Origin: Flectonema sp. DT1601
Lineage: Eukaryota
Direction of reading: 5' to 3'
Length of the DNA stretch: 64,000 nucleotides
Assembly: GCA_964019425.1 (NCBI GenBank)
Contig: OZ025782.1
Coordinates: 1 to 64,000 of the forward strand
Position numbers and translations under genes: made by a program. Each line of letters begins with the position of its first letter. Positions within the stretch are counted from its first letter, which is position 1. Shown here piece after piece: positions 32,343 to 45,477 of this stretch. The notes beneath the pieces were generated by a model. It was not told the DNA's origin and made no database searches. It was given only the letters and a program-made list of their open reading frames with translations.

Positions 32343-33713
32343 CTACTCCGCTCCACCAAAAAAGTCATCCACGTCAATCACCTGACGCGATGACAAGTTG
32401 CTGACAGATCTCGTGACTGGTTGATGAGGCCGAATATTATTCGAGTTTAAATAATAATTTTGAGACGACCTTCGAGTAACTGCTGAGTTTGAGTTTATAA
32501 AATTGTTCAGAGGATGGAAGTGTCCAATCGGACCACTGCTGTGACTGCGTTGCATTGTCTTCACTCCGTCACCTGAATTAGAAACAAAAAGAGGATCTCT
32601 TTGATTGGTACAACTTTGCTTAATTAAGTTCATGAAGGTAGTCTCTCGGTCAGCCCACTGATTGCGTTCTTCGACGTGTAGGTTTGACATTTTTACGATT
32701 TGTTGTCGCAGTACTTCTGGGTTTGAGTTATCGTCTTTTGACCGCTGAACGCATTGGTTAAGTGTTTGCAGCTCTTTTTCGTATTCAGCAGATCTCGTGC
32801 GGTTTTCAACTTCTACGCTGCTCAAGTTCTCTTTCATCTGAGCAATTGATCTGCTGTTGAATTCACTTTCCTTTTTGTATTTACGACATTCTAATTTATG
32901 GATTTTCTCCGAGTCATTTTGGTATTTCTTCATTTCTGAGACCACCTCTCCAATACCTTCGAGTGCTTGCAAGTCGTCGATGTGTTTCTCGCGGTCTTCG
33001 AGAGCTTCTTCCAGCTCCTTTGTCTTTGATCGCAATTCTGAAATTGTTGAATTCAGCGATTCGACTTCTTGTTGATGATATTGTTCTCTCTTCTCAAGGA
33101 GGTTGTTGAGAGTTTGTAGTTCCAGTTGGTGTTTTTCTTCACATTCTCGGATTACATCTTCGACTATGAAATTATTTTTCGTCTCAATAATTTCAACGGC
33201 ATCAGTTGAATGTGTTTCTGTTGATTCTGAGATTGTTTTCATTAGGAACCCGTTTTGATTGAAGTTGCTGGAGAGGTCAGCTACTTCACTATCGATGGGG
33301 CTGCACACGCTGCTGTCATCAGCTGTTGCTACGCTTTCATCTTCTGACTGAATCGATCTCATGGAGTGTTCTTTAGTCTTTCTTGAAGTACTGTCATGTG
33401 GAAGTGGAGGTCTGGCACCATTTCGTCTTACTACAGTTGGCTTTAGAATCCCTTCTTCGCTTTGTAAGATATTAGGCTGAAGTACAATTTGTTCTCCTTT
33501 CATTATTTCATTAGCTGCTTCCTCAGTAGTTTCCATGTTGAGTACAACAGTTCGTTTACCATCCTTTTTGTTGTTATCTTTTTTTTTTAATGAACTTTTC
33601 AATCCACCCACTCGAGAAACAGAAATCTTCCGTTTTCCTGTCTTCGCAGTGACATCTCTCTTCCGTGGTGACTTTTTCGGTGAGACTCCCCGAGAGGGTT
33701 TCCTCCTTTCCAT
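32343..33713 (-). CDS. Coiled-coil hypothetical protein
   Basis: 456-aa ORF with a basic N-terminus and central heptads. Confidence 0.75.
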   Translation of the reverse strand: MERRKPSRGVSPKKSPRKRDVTAKTGKRKISVSRVGGLKSSLKKKDNNKKDGKRTVVLNMETTEEAANEIMKGEQIVLQPNILQSEEGILKPTVVRRNGARPPLPHDSTSRKTKEHSMRSIQSEDESVATADDSSVCSPIDSEVADLSSNFNQNGFLMKTISESTETHSTDAVEIIETKNNFIVEDVIRECEEKHQLELQTLNNLLEKREQYHQQEVESLNSTISELRSKTKELEEALEDREKHIDDLQALEGIGEVVSEMKKYQNDSEKIHKLECRKYKKESEFNSRSIAQMKENLSSVEVENRTRSAEYEKELQTLNQCVQRSKDDNSNPEVLRQQIVKMSNLHVEERNQWADRETTFMNLIKQSCTNQRDPLFVSNSGDGVKTMQRSHSSGPIGHFHPLNNFINSNSAVTRRSSQNYYLNSNNIRPHQPVTRSVSNLSSRQVIDVDDFFGGAE

Positions 33714-34032
33714 TGTCTCCTAAAGAACTCGAATATGTTGTGTGAGAGTAATTATATTATTTTTTATGTGTTCGAAAGCTGTTTTGAAAGAAAGAAGTCT
33801 CATCCAGTACTTCCTCCCACAATTTGCCTTTAACTGTTAAAAGTGAGCTGTTTTTTTGACAAAACTATGAGTCTGAGTAAGCAAACAGCAACATAACCAT
33901 TATATAATTCATGTGTAAGTGAATTCAGAAACAGATGGCCAAATGAAATGCGACAATTTCCACAAAAAAAAAAACAAGAAGAACCTTTTCTCTCTCAATT
34001 AATATTTAGAATGATTATTAATATCAAGCGTC

Positions 34033-35865
34033 TCAATCTTCTCGCATCGTTGCCTCTCTCCATGCTCGGATCCAATTCAAATCTGGTATTGCTGGAGATG
34101 GCATTTGATTCATTGTATGACAGTGAGGACGAGCAGTCTTTGGTCGGGTTCGAAAATCGGGTGCAGGAATCTGAATAGCAGAAGTTAGATTAGAGATCCT
34201 CTCACGAGTTCTGTTTATTTGATCCCTCTTACGAAGAGCTTGAATACTACCAAGAGATTGACAACGAGGAGATGCAGCTACTCGAAGTGATATAATCTTA
34301 TCGAGTGTTGATCTGACTTGTCGTTGACTGTAGCGAGCTTGACTTCTTCTAATCCACATTATGAAAGCATTTCCCAACCGCACGTGTTCCATTCGATTTT
34401 GAAAAGAAATGACGGCGCTAAACATCGCTTCCTCGTCATTGGGTTCATTCATTTTATCATCATCACCAACATCTTCATCGTCATCATCATCGTTAAGTTG
34501 GATGGAAGCTTTTGGTTGGATTTGGTCTTCGTTTTTAGAAAAAGACTTTTCTTCACTAATCCCAGTCACACATGAAACTACTGATGATGCTCCGTCACTT
34601 GATTCTCTAGTTTTACGAGACATTGTACTCATGTGTCTGCTTCGTCTTCCTTTGCGAGAACGACTTCCACCTGATCGATGAGACATTGACTTTGTGGATC
34701 TCGATGAGTTCACACTACTCCTGGAAGCTAGTGAGATATTTCTACTTTTTTGTCTTCTCGTTCCCCTTTTCTCAGACCGAATGTCCTTTCCTTTCTTCCC
34801 CTTCTTTGCAGGTACTCTCTTACCTGAAGTTATCTCATCCATCATTCCCTTCAGCATCTCATTCTGTTGGTTGGCGAAGTCTAAATTGATTGTGAGATCA
34901 TTAATTTGTTTTGTCTGTTCCTCATTTACAGTTGCAAGTGATTCATTCTTTTCAGTAGATATTCGAAGGCGGTTAGCAAGGCAGGATATAATTCGAAGTA
35001 CTTTGGTCGAACAAGCTACCTCTGACTTAAACATTGAGTTGCTTAAGATTTTTGTCGGCAACTGTGGGACGACTTCAGATGGATTGACTGGTGCGGATTC
35101 GTCTTCGATCCACTTGCAGTCAACGAGTATGTTTGGGTTACATTTCTTAAAGTAGTTTATAACTTCCGTGTCTACAACTTCAAAGAGATTTGTTAAGAAT
35201 TGAAGATTCTCTCCCAAGTTGACTAACACTGAAGCTTGTTCAGTCACAGCAGAGTGTAGTTGTGGTATAATACTGTTAGTTGTTAACCAACGACGGTATT
35301 GATAGACGACGTGTCGAATATAAAAACAGGATTCTCGTAATTCAAAAAGCTGCTCTTTGGCATCAGCCATGGTTTTCCCAACGGTGCTCCAATCTGGGGC
35401 TTCAAGCTTAGATTCCAGAGACTTAATGATGGCATTCTTATCGCGAATGGTTGCTTTCCATTCGTCCTCAAGAACATGGAAATCTCGCTGCTGAGTTCGT
35501 TTATGTCGCTCTACCTCAGCCTTGACTAGTTTGTCTAACTTTTGTTTTTGAACTCCTTCTCGACTACTTTCTTCCGTTATCTTCTTATCACTACGAAGAC
35601 TTTCAAGGAAATCTCCATCTAACAGCGTTGCAATTTCGTGCGTACATGAGTCGTCACCTAGTCCAGTTTCCCCTCCTGTTTTATACGCACAGACTTCCTT
35701 TAATAAAGTATCTCTTATCGATCTTACAATTTCGTGAATCTTTCGATTCTTCCCCTCCTTGACATTCAACTCAGACTCCAGTGAGTGGATCTTATTTTGG
35801 AGCTGAACGACAGGGTCGTCATCATCGTGTTCTGTTGACAAGTCAATTGATGAGTCCCTCGGCAT
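34033..35865 (-). CDS. Coiled-coil hypothetical protein
   Basis: 610-aa ORF with coiled coils and an R/S-rich segment. Confidence 0.75.
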   Translation of the reverse strand: MPRDSSIDLSTEHDDDDPVVQLQNKIHSLESELNVKEGKNRKIHEIVRSIRDTLLKEVCAYKTGGETGLGDDSCTHEIATLLDGDFLESLRSDKKITEESSREGVQKQKLDKLVKAEVERHKRTQQRDFHVLEDEWKATIRDKNAIIKSLESKLEAPDWSTVGKTMADAKEQLFELRESCFYIRHVVYQYRRWLTTNSIIPQLHSAVTEQASVLVNLGENLQFLTNLFEVVDTEVINYFKKCNPNILVDCKWIEDESAPVNPSEVVPQLPTKILSNSMFKSEVACSTKVLRIISCLANRLRISTEKNESLATVNEEQTKQINDLTINLDFANQQNEMLKGMMDEITSGKRVPAKKGKKGKDIRSEKRGTRRQKSRNISLASRSSVNSSRSTKSMSHRSGGSRSRKGRRSRHMSTMSRKTRESSDGASSVVSCVTGISEEKSFSKNEDQIQPKASIQLNDDDDDEDVGDDDKMNEPNDEEAMFSAVISFQNRMEHVRLGNAFIMWIRRSQARYSQRQVRSTLDKIISLRVAASPRCQSLGSIQALRKRDQINRTRERISNLTSAIQIPAPDFRTRPKTARPHCHTMNQMPSPAIPDLNWIRAWREATMRED

Positions 35866-36936
35866 GTCTTCTGATTTGGAACATTCAAAACCTTTTTAAA
35901 AAATATAATTCAGAATTACTTAATAAAACAGTTCTCTCAGTAAAAAAGGAAATTTGATTTTATTTTAGCAACATAAAAATAATCTGCTGGTTTTCCGCGG
36001 AAAAGACGGATTCGGGGGGGAGAGGTGTAATAAGACACAATTCACAATTCGGAGAAGTCACATTCAGCAGCAGTAAAGATTTGGAGACATTCGGGTAAAA
36101 ATAATTTATTTTAAAAAAACCCGCAGAACAACACCACCTGATTGAGCAAAAGCCAACTTATGAAGCATGATTTCGAAGGCAGGCAAAATAACCGAAAGGG
36201 TCAAAGGTAAGGGTATCAATTCCTGGTAAGGAATCTCTCTGTCAACATCCTCCACTTCCTGCTGCTGATTGACAACTAAAACAACTGAAGACAAATTAAG
36301 AATAGTCAAGTAGATCAAAATTAGTTTTTTTTTTTTTTTTTTTATTGGACTGAAGAAAAAAAAAAACGGGAAAAAAACACAAAAAAAAAAAATAACCCAA
36401 TCTTTTATCCCTTTCCTTCAGAACAGACTACGAAAAATAAACAAAACCTAAACTTATGATAAAAAAAAAAAAAAAAAACGGAAAGAAATGTAAGAGAGGG
36501 GGGACTTGGATAAATAATTCAAAGGTTAACACGCACCAAATTAGACATGAATCATAATAACAGGATTCCGTGTTTACATCCAAAATTAGGTATTTGAATT
36601 AACGTAATAATAATTACTTACAATCAGCACCAACAGCAGCAAACTACTGAATGTTAGTTTGTTATTAATTGTATTGTGACTACTTAACGAGAAGAAGTGG
36701 TCCAGAATTTAAAGTACCGACTGGAGAACAATACCCAGGGTAGTGAAAGTGTAATCGCCAGAAAATAAATAAAAAAAATTTAAAGCATCTGAAAAAAGGT
36801 AAACACAAAGAGTGAACTCAAATAGGAAAGCAATGAAACTCTACTAAATTAAGCGTTGTGTTCGTATGAACTAATTAAGGTACACAAATGGACTAAGCAT
36901 AAGAAAACATTTCTGTGCTATTAAGTTTGATATATT

Positions 36937-38021
36937 TCAATTAACGTACCCTGGTGCACTAGCAGTGCAAAGACCTTTTGCAATATTTGCGTCACCAATG
37001 ACATGTTGTGAGATACTTCGAGTCACTAATGCAACTTGTGGTTGATTACGTTGTGAAGGAACACCAATGCATTGCGTGCATTTATATCCGGATTTACGAA
37101 CTTCTCCTTTACGACCACTTCGAAGGCAGACAACACAACGAGACTTTTGATTCTTAATTATTGAATTAGATTCTGCAGGTCGCAACGAAAGCGGATTCTT
37201 GCCGAGATCTCTCTTTACAATATTTGAGTTTAAATCTGCTGCTTCCCAAATCTCGAATATGAGATCGTTTTCAATATCATCGACGTCTAGTAATTCAAAA
37301 TGATTCCAACTTTCAGCAACTTCTGTTTTATATTCAAGTGATTGTTTGCCTTCTCTTCGTAGTTCAAATGTTACCCACTTGTCAGCGACAGTACACTCTT
37401 CGCTAAAACTCTGAAAGTTGCATATCTCAATACCAACCTTCCCCTCTTTCGAAGTATCAATGGTTACATAAAATAAACCTTTAATACAGGTCCAGAGATC
37501 GTATGCTTCCAGTTTGAGGGATCCAGGCGTTGAAAGCTGACATTTTGATACCTTCGAGACAGCAGTCAGGAAGCTACGGGTTCGTAACAATTGAGTTCGA
37601 TTTGGAGAAACGCCTTTAGTTTTTGTATACCATTCATTCCAAAGTACTTCAAGGTTACTCAAACAAGAAGCAAATAATTTCCAATTAAAACTACACGGAA
37701 TTTCTACCAAGTCACCTTTTACATAAACTCTTCCGAATGTCATTACAGCTTTAAAGTATCCTCGCTTACCCAGATCTGAACATATCGAATTCGCACGTTC
37801 AACATATTTCAAACTGGTCATCAAGTCTGCAGGCTCATTGCGGGGGATGGCATATCGCTCTACTTCTTTTCCGCTGAGGATGGCCCCGCGGAATTCGCCT
37901 TCCCCGGTCATCTGCAACACCTATAAGAAGAGCCAATACACTATTTGAATGAACCACTTACGATATGATGAACACTACCAAAAGGAACGAGGCAATCCTT
38001 ATAATCTGATACCAGTTTATC
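36937..38021 (-). CDS. Hypothetical protein with C-terminal CxxC...CxxC motif; upstream 60-nt exon via 41-nt intron 37921-37961
   Basis: 327-aa ORF; a GTAAGT...TAG intron joins an in-frame exon DKLVSDY...HHI. Start uncertain. Confidence 0.65.
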
Positions 38022-38352
38022 CTGCGAAAGATAATTATTTAAGATAATTTTCGTACGACTTCAGATCACACTTCTCATGAAAAGACCCATCAATAGACAA
38101 AAGGATAGAAAAGAAGAGTACATTGACAACTTTGTTTTCGTGTAAGCGACGAGGTAAAAATGAATTTAAAATTTTTTCAAAAGTATTAAGTAAATAACGA
38201 ACGACTAAAAAGCGCGAATGTCGATAACAATGGAACTCACTTTGCAGGCTAGGGAGGAGTAAAGAAATTCGACGACACAGCACACGACGAGTGCAAAAAA
38301 AAAAAAAAAAATTCAGAAGTCGACACACTCAAAAATCACAAGGTGAACAAAG

Positions 38353-41106
38353 CTACGAAACGATATTCTCATCTTCGTGAAGAGTCCGGGCGAGTTCTAT
38401 TGCCGTATTGGTAGCAATCTCGAGAGGATTTCTGTTTCGCTTAGCGACAGTCCGAAGGATCGACTCAGCCCAACTGTGAGAGAATCCAAATATTATAGCA
38501 ACTGACGCTTCCTTAAGTGGCACCGTTCCTGACTTAGTGAGAGCATCGAGCAGGTTGAAAGCCGCTTCTTTCTCTGATTTTAGCGAAGGGCCAGAAAGGG
38601 AGATCATCTTTCCCTGAGAATCAAGAAGTGATGAATACTTTAATTTCGACCAGCTATCTCCTGTTTTGAGTGTGAGAGGCCGCAGGGCGACTGCAGTTTC
38701 CGTCGTGGAGGAGAACTTCTGTTCTAAAGTTGAAGGAATTCTTGAGAAATCCCAAATCTCGGATTGGGTTGCTTTGATCTCACCAGCAGATGGTTTTGTT
38801 TCGTCCTCCTCCTCAGTCTCTTTTATTTTAGATTTATTTTGATCTTCTGTCACCGCATCTTCGATTATATCTTTCTTACTGTCACATATTTCATCACGGA
38901 CATCACAGTCGAAAGTTCCCATCACACCTGTGTGTGCTTCCGTTGCGAACTTACATCTTTCCAATGATTGTGTTTTTGCTGAAAGCATCGATGGTAAACT
39001 AAAGCCAAATGTGCTCTTCTTCTTTGACGACGATTTTCTAAACATCTCTGAGCTACTTGAAATACAACATGACTTCTCTACTAAGTTGTCAATTCGCTGA
39101 CCTCTTTCTAATACTTTCTCGATGTTTTCTGACAAGCACCTTGATATATCTGCACATTCATCATAGACCCGCCTGTTAGACTGTAATGTAAATCTCTGTA
39201 TTCGTTTTGCTTCTTCTGCTCTTGCTTCTTCTGCAATCTTTCGTTTTACTTCCTCAAGCTGTCGGAGTCGCTCTTGCTCTCGAAGCTCTTCGTCCCGCTC
39301 TTTTTGAATCAACCCATCGATTCGCGAGATATTAGTGCGCACCTCTTCCAAAGGATCTGAACTTGACTTTGTGGCTGACAACAAGTCAGATGACAACCCA
39401 TCCGTGACCATCATTTTGAGTAGTTTCTCAGAGAGCTCAGTTTCTTTAGAGAGTGTTCCTTCGGGAAGATTGAGGACAACTTCTATCTGTGGTTTGATTT
39501 GAATAATTGCGATGCTGAAGAGGGTCCCATCCAGCTGCATGCTACGATACGCATCTGCGAACCGCTTCTGTTCGGGACTAAGGGACTCAATTGCTTCTTT
39601 GAACTCCTTCGCACTCGGTATCTCTGCCAACACTAACGGGATGGTCAGGTCATCACGATTACGAAGAGTAATCGCATGAGATGGGATCATCATATCAGAC
39701 CCGGACATCTTTCCTAAAACAACAATGAAGCTGCTAAGTTGCTCAGCACGAAGACTAATGTTGAAGGTTTGCGTCTCCGAATCTCCGGAGATCTTTTGCT
39801 TCACAAAGCAGTTGACTGAAACGTTTCCCTTTCGAATTGGAATCGTCGCCTTTGCGCTTGCAGTGATAGGTATCCGAATATCAGGTGAGTTCTCTAACAC
39901 GAGGCGCCTGTCAACATCCAACAGCTTCCCGTTGCCGTCAGTAATTCGAAAGAATCCCTCGGGGTGATTGGTTCTTGATCGAATTTGCTCCATGAAAGGG
40001 ACAGGTTTGTACTTCTTCTTGAATGACAGTTTCTTGAAATATTGAACTACCGCATCGAATTCCGTAGTAGTAAACTCCGTATTCATAACACTTGAGATGA
40101 CTCTCATTGTTATACAATCCATCACATCGATAGACTTATCAAATGACGTAACGTTTGCAACTAAATCGTTGCATGCGATGCACAGGAAGCGTTCCTTAAA
40201 AGTTATGAGAGTCGAGTTCTTGAAGTCTGGTCTTTTGTGGTCTTTTGATAACTCTGCGATTACAGTTAAGAGAGAATCATGGTGACTATCTCGAATGCTG
40301 ACAACATTCTCGTTAGAGATCAACAAAGGAGACACAACTAGTTTGAGTTGATCGTCTGGATGATTGAAATTAATATGCTCCTCGTTATCTTCACTCAGTT
40401 CTGAGGTGTCCATGAAGTACATCGAAACAGATTGACACCAATCTTTTAAAAGATCTGAACTCTTCAAGAGTTCATTCACTTCGCTATTGAGTGTCGGACA
40501 CGCTGCCTTCGCAATGTCAATTTCAAACGCAGAGTTGCTCTTCACATACCGAGCCAACCACGTAATATCTATCTCAATAGGAGTATTAACACTCTTTTTT
40601 GGTCTCGGAGGCTGTTCCTTCGGCCAAGGGATCTCCTTGTGACCAGAGCCGCTCCATAACTCCGTCTTTGAATCTGATTTCGTACGATGGAGAAAGCAAT
40701 TATGAGAATACTCGAAATCAAACACCCAGACGTCATTAACATCATAAGAACGTGTAATGAATGACATCAATCCAGAGATTCCTCCACTCGATTCTGTTTT
40801 GTTCGATGTCTTCTTTTCTATCTTCCTATTAAATACGCAGCTCTCTTCGCTACTAAATTTTAGATACATCTTCTCACCCTGTTCTATGCTTTCCAAAGTA
40901 CATCTCTGTAATCCCATAATTTGAAGATCGCTTAGTATGCTACTGATGAGTGAGTCTCCCAAAGTATTTATTATTTCAAACTTGTCGGAGTATTTGTGGT
41001 CAGCTGTCAATGGGTTCATATCTGGTGCGTCCAATCCGACAATCCGACGTGCCTCTTTCATCAGGTCAGCCATTCGATGTTCGAATTCTAATAAACCGAC
41101 AGCCAT
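38353..41106 (-). CDS. 917-aa protein of unknown function containing an internal R-SNARE (synaptobrevin-like) motif
   Basis: LSENIEKVLERGQRIDNLVEKSCCISSSSEMFRK at ~39020-39160. Confidence 0.8.
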   Translation of the reverse strand: MAVGLLEFEHRMADLMKEARRIVGLDAPDMNPLTADHKYSDKFEIINTLGDSLISSILSDLQIMGLQRCTLESIEQGEKMYLKFSSEESCVFNRKIEKKTSNKTESSGGISGLMSFITRSYDVNDVWVFDFEYSHNCFLHRTKSDSKTELWSGSGHKEIPWPKEQPPRPKKSVNTPIEIDITWLARYVKSNSAFEIDIAKAACPTLNSEVNELLKSSDLLKDWCQSVSMYFMDTSELSEDNEEHINFNHPDDQLKLVVSPLLISNENVVSIRDSHHDSLLTVIAELSKDHKRPDFKNSTLITFKERFLCIACNDLVANVTSFDKSIDVMDCITMRVISSVMNTEFTTTEFDAVVQYFKKLSFKKKYKPVPFMEQIRSRTNHPEGFFRITDGNGKLLDVDRRLVLENSPDIRIPITASAKATIPIRKGNVSVNCFVKQKISGDSETQTFNISLRAEQLSSFIVVLGKMSGSDMMIPSHAITLRNRDDLTIPLVLAEIPSAKEFKEAIESLSPEQKRFADAYRSMQLDGTLFSIAIIQIKPQIEVVLNLPEGTLSKETELSEKLLKMMVTDGLSSDLLSATKSSSDPLEEVRTNISRIDGLIQKERDEELREQERLRQLEEVKRKIAEEARAEEAKRIQRFTLQSNRRVYDECADISRCLSENIEKVLERGQRIDNLVEKSCCISSSSEMFRKSSSKKKSTFGFSLPSMLSAKTQSLERCKFATEAHTGVMGTFDCDVRDEICDSKKDIIEDAVTEDQNKSKIKETEEEDETKPSAGEIKATQSEIWDFSRIPSTLEQKFSSTTETAVALRPLTLKTGDSWSKLKYSSLLDSQGKMISLSGPSLKSEKEAAFNLLDALTKSGTVPLKEASVAIIFGFSHSWAESILRTVAKRNRNPLEIATNTAIELARTLHEDENIVS

Positions 41107-41378
41107 CTTTTGTGTTGTAATTCAAAACCTGAATATAAATATAACTAAGTTATTCGTCAAACAAAATATAAGATGTGATCTATGTTATGTAGCCAGCACC
41201 TGTCATATTTAAGTTTCTGAAGAATTAGCTTATTGTTTTGATCCTTAACGCTTTGTCATATAACTAACTGCGAGAGTATTCCAACACTACAGTATAAAGA
41301 GACAACTCTTCTCAGGTATGTTACTTCTTTGTCGTGTAAACAACTGAAGATTTCGGAAACCACCACAAGAAGACATTA

Positions 41379-41948
41379 TTATCTCTTAAAAATTATTTTT
41401 ATACTTTCGGGGTGGTGGAAATTTGTGAGCCTTGAACTAAGCAAGTCCAACTGGTATGTTTTCTGTTTTTTTTTTTTTTTTAAACAGAATTGTTTATGAA
41501 GAAAGTACTTAGTTGGTAACCAAAAGTAATAACAAACCCTGTTGTATTCCTGTTCTTTTTGTTTTACAGATTTTGCTTTGGTAGATTCTTCCTTTTGCAA
41601 TTGAACTTTTGTTTTTTTGTGACCGTCTTCAGTTGATTCGCTGATGGGCGTTTCAACAAGAAGGTCGATTTCTTCTCGAAGTTGATTTTTCTTCGATTCT
41701 AAATCACAGAATTCCTCCGCCTGTGCGAACTTTTTCTCCGTCAGGAGTGTTGCGAATACCGTCGGATAATCTTTACTGCTGAAATACACTTGTGAAGTAT
41801 CAACTTTCTTACTCGGAAACTCTCCTCCAAGAATACTCATAAAACTACTGTAGCTATCACCCATGTGATTATTCAGACGAATCACGGCTTCCTCATCTGT
41901 TTCAATGAGGAATGGCCGAGCGAATAACTCCGAGCGTGCGACTTCCAT
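41379..41948 (-). CDS. Hypothetical protein; 3' end probably spliced
   Basis: ATG-started ORF that becomes intron-like after YNR|GTTTG. Confidence 0.55.
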   Translation of the reverse strand: MEVARSELFARPFLIETDEEAVIRLNNHMGDSYSSFMSILGGEFPSKKVDTSQVYFSSKDYPTVFATLLTEKKFAQAEEFCDLESKKNQLREEIDLLVETPISESTEDGHKKTKVQLQKEESTKAKSVKQKEQEYNRVCYYFWLPTKYFLHKQFCLKKKKKQKTYQLDLLSSRLTNFHHPESIKIIFKR

Positions 41949-42626
41949 GTTGCCGCCTTGTAATTAAAAGTAATAGTTTTCGATTGAAGAATAAGAAATA
42001 ACACGCTAATCGAATCCACCACCTCACATGGGTTGTAGTATCTGTAACAAAACGAGTAGACTAATAGTTAGTAATAAACTAAACAACATATTCTCCTCAA
42101 AAAATAGTACGAAGCTGAAGTTCGGTTGCTCGAACACACCGTTCCTGTTCTATTGGAGTTAGTCAGACTTGTTATGAGCCCTCATTGATAATTAAAAAAA
42201 CAGATTTTACTTACCATTTTCATATACTGCTATCATTAAGTTGAGCCGCCTTATTGTCAGGATAGGTAATTTGTTGTGGCGGACGCGTTTGTTATTTTTG
42301 AGTCAGTTTAAAAAAAATATTTAACAGTTGTGGTAGATTTGCGACCAGAATGCCGCAATGACCAAAACGAAGTATCTTATTTCGGTGCGTTTCAAAAAAA
42401 ATGAGAAAGGTCGTACACTTTTTTTTTAAATGCGTGGTGTTTTTTTTTTTTTTTTTTTTTAAAATTTTCTTTTTTTTCTAATATTATTATTCGCACACTA
42501 AAAATGAATTATTTTTGTTTACCAAATAAATACTTCTTTACTTAAAGCAGGTCAGATCATTGTGTCTCAATTCAGTGTGAGTCCTCATCCTTTAATTAAT
42601 GGGTAGTTAAAAAAAAAAAAAGAGAA

Positions 42627-42665
<39 letters not shown>

Positions 42666-42873
42666 AAATTGGGAAGAGGAAAAAATCTCAATTATTTTTG
42701 CATCCTTATACTCAAATTTACTCAAAACGCGCGGTTCGCTCGCTTTCGTATCACTCGCAGTTTGGACGTTGAGAATAAACAATACCAAAGAGAAGATAAG
42801 CGATGTAGTAATGGCTACTTTGGTACTAAGTGGCTAGAAGAGTATTAAGATAAACAAAACACTGCAATAAAAA

Positions 42874-43824
<951 letters not shown>

Positions 43825-45477
43825 TTATTTATTTTTTTTTTCGTATTGATGTGTCCTGCAGTTGCTGTTATTTTGATAAATTGTAAACAGCCGTCAGACT
43901 GAACTATTTCTGAGATGTAGAAAGTCCTCTTGAGAATTACATTGCGCTGCATTTTTATTTTTTTTAACAATATCCTGACACAAATATAATAAAAAATAAA
44001 CGGCTGCGTCACGAATAACAAATTAGTTTACTAAAAAAAGATAAAGAAGAACGAGCTTTCATCCTGAAAATTAAATGAAAACAAGAAGTTTGACATTGAC
44101 TAAAAGAAAAAAAAAGTGAAAAAGTAAATCGAAAACACAAAAAAAGGGGAACGGTATTGAGTAAAACGTTAGCAGTCGAACTAACCAACGAAATAATCAC
44201 AAGAAATAATTATTTTTTAAAGTAGAAAGAGGATTTTCAATCAATGGCAGGGGATAAGATACATAATCAGGCTCAAAGGAACAACACCACTTCAGACAAT
44301 TTCGACTGTCAGCGTGATCGCTGGAGGCCACGAACATAGTTGAGCACCACTAACTTGTGTTACCAGTGTTATTATAACAATAATTCGTAACTCACATGAG
44401 TATTTAACTACAGCAGGAGAAAGCCGCAGTAGGAGATAAACACGAAAAGGATTCAAAAGATGTCTTGTCTAACATAAGTAAAAAAGGAATTAATGACCCG
44501 ATTAACTGACGGTACCCCAGCTGTCTGTCACAAATGTAAAACAAAAATGCCTCACACAAGGAAACGGTTGCAGCCATAAGAATTCCTGTGGCGACAGGAA
44601 ATAAATGGGGAAATCAAAAAAGCCTGGTGTCATGCTGTTCCAAAAAATAAAATAGGTGAGCAAATACCCTCATAACTTACACCTCAGGAAGAGGGATGTT
44701 TACGGAATGAGACCAAAATGAAAACATGACAACAGTTCACCTGACAGCTTTGATTAACGACTTGTTGAATCTCAATTAATGAGAAACAACGTAGGCTTAT
44801 CGAAATCATACGGTGACCGCGTTGCTACACACGAATCACTTTTCACTGTGGTGGCTGTAAGTCATTACACGAGCTGAAACGGGAATTTATTCCGTGTGTG
44901 CTTTTAGAAAACTACACTTGTCGCATCCCAAATCGAGTGTTTTCTGGAATCAGACAACACATCCGAGGAGTACAAGAAAGAATGGAAAGGGGGAAAAAGT
45001 AAAAAAAAATACAACACCGAAGCATTAACGCCAAGGGATGCAAAAAAAAGAAAACTAAGCGGCAGAGATGACAATTGAATCTTCTCGCACGCAAAAATTG
45101 AAAACTATACAAAGGTTTTAAAATAATCAACAAGGACAAGGTATCGTTAAAAGTTTTTTTTTTTTTTTTTTTTTTTTCCCGCAAAACTAAAGTCAAAGTG
45201 TGCGGTCTGACGTACGGGAATGATTAATTTGATTAGCAGTCGCCACAATTTTCTTTCATTCCACAAAATCCTATTCTTGCTGAACTTGAATGAACCAGGT
45301 GGTGAAGACATAGATTTGTAAGAAAAAAAGAATATTGTACAGCAAGTGAAGTTATTCGAATATAATAAATCAGTTTATAATTGACAACAAAAGAATCAGT
45401 TTTTTTTTATCTTTTATATTTTTTTGTTATAGCAGTATCCTGGTGTTGGTTAAAGCCACTTTTCTTTTTTGTTTTTT

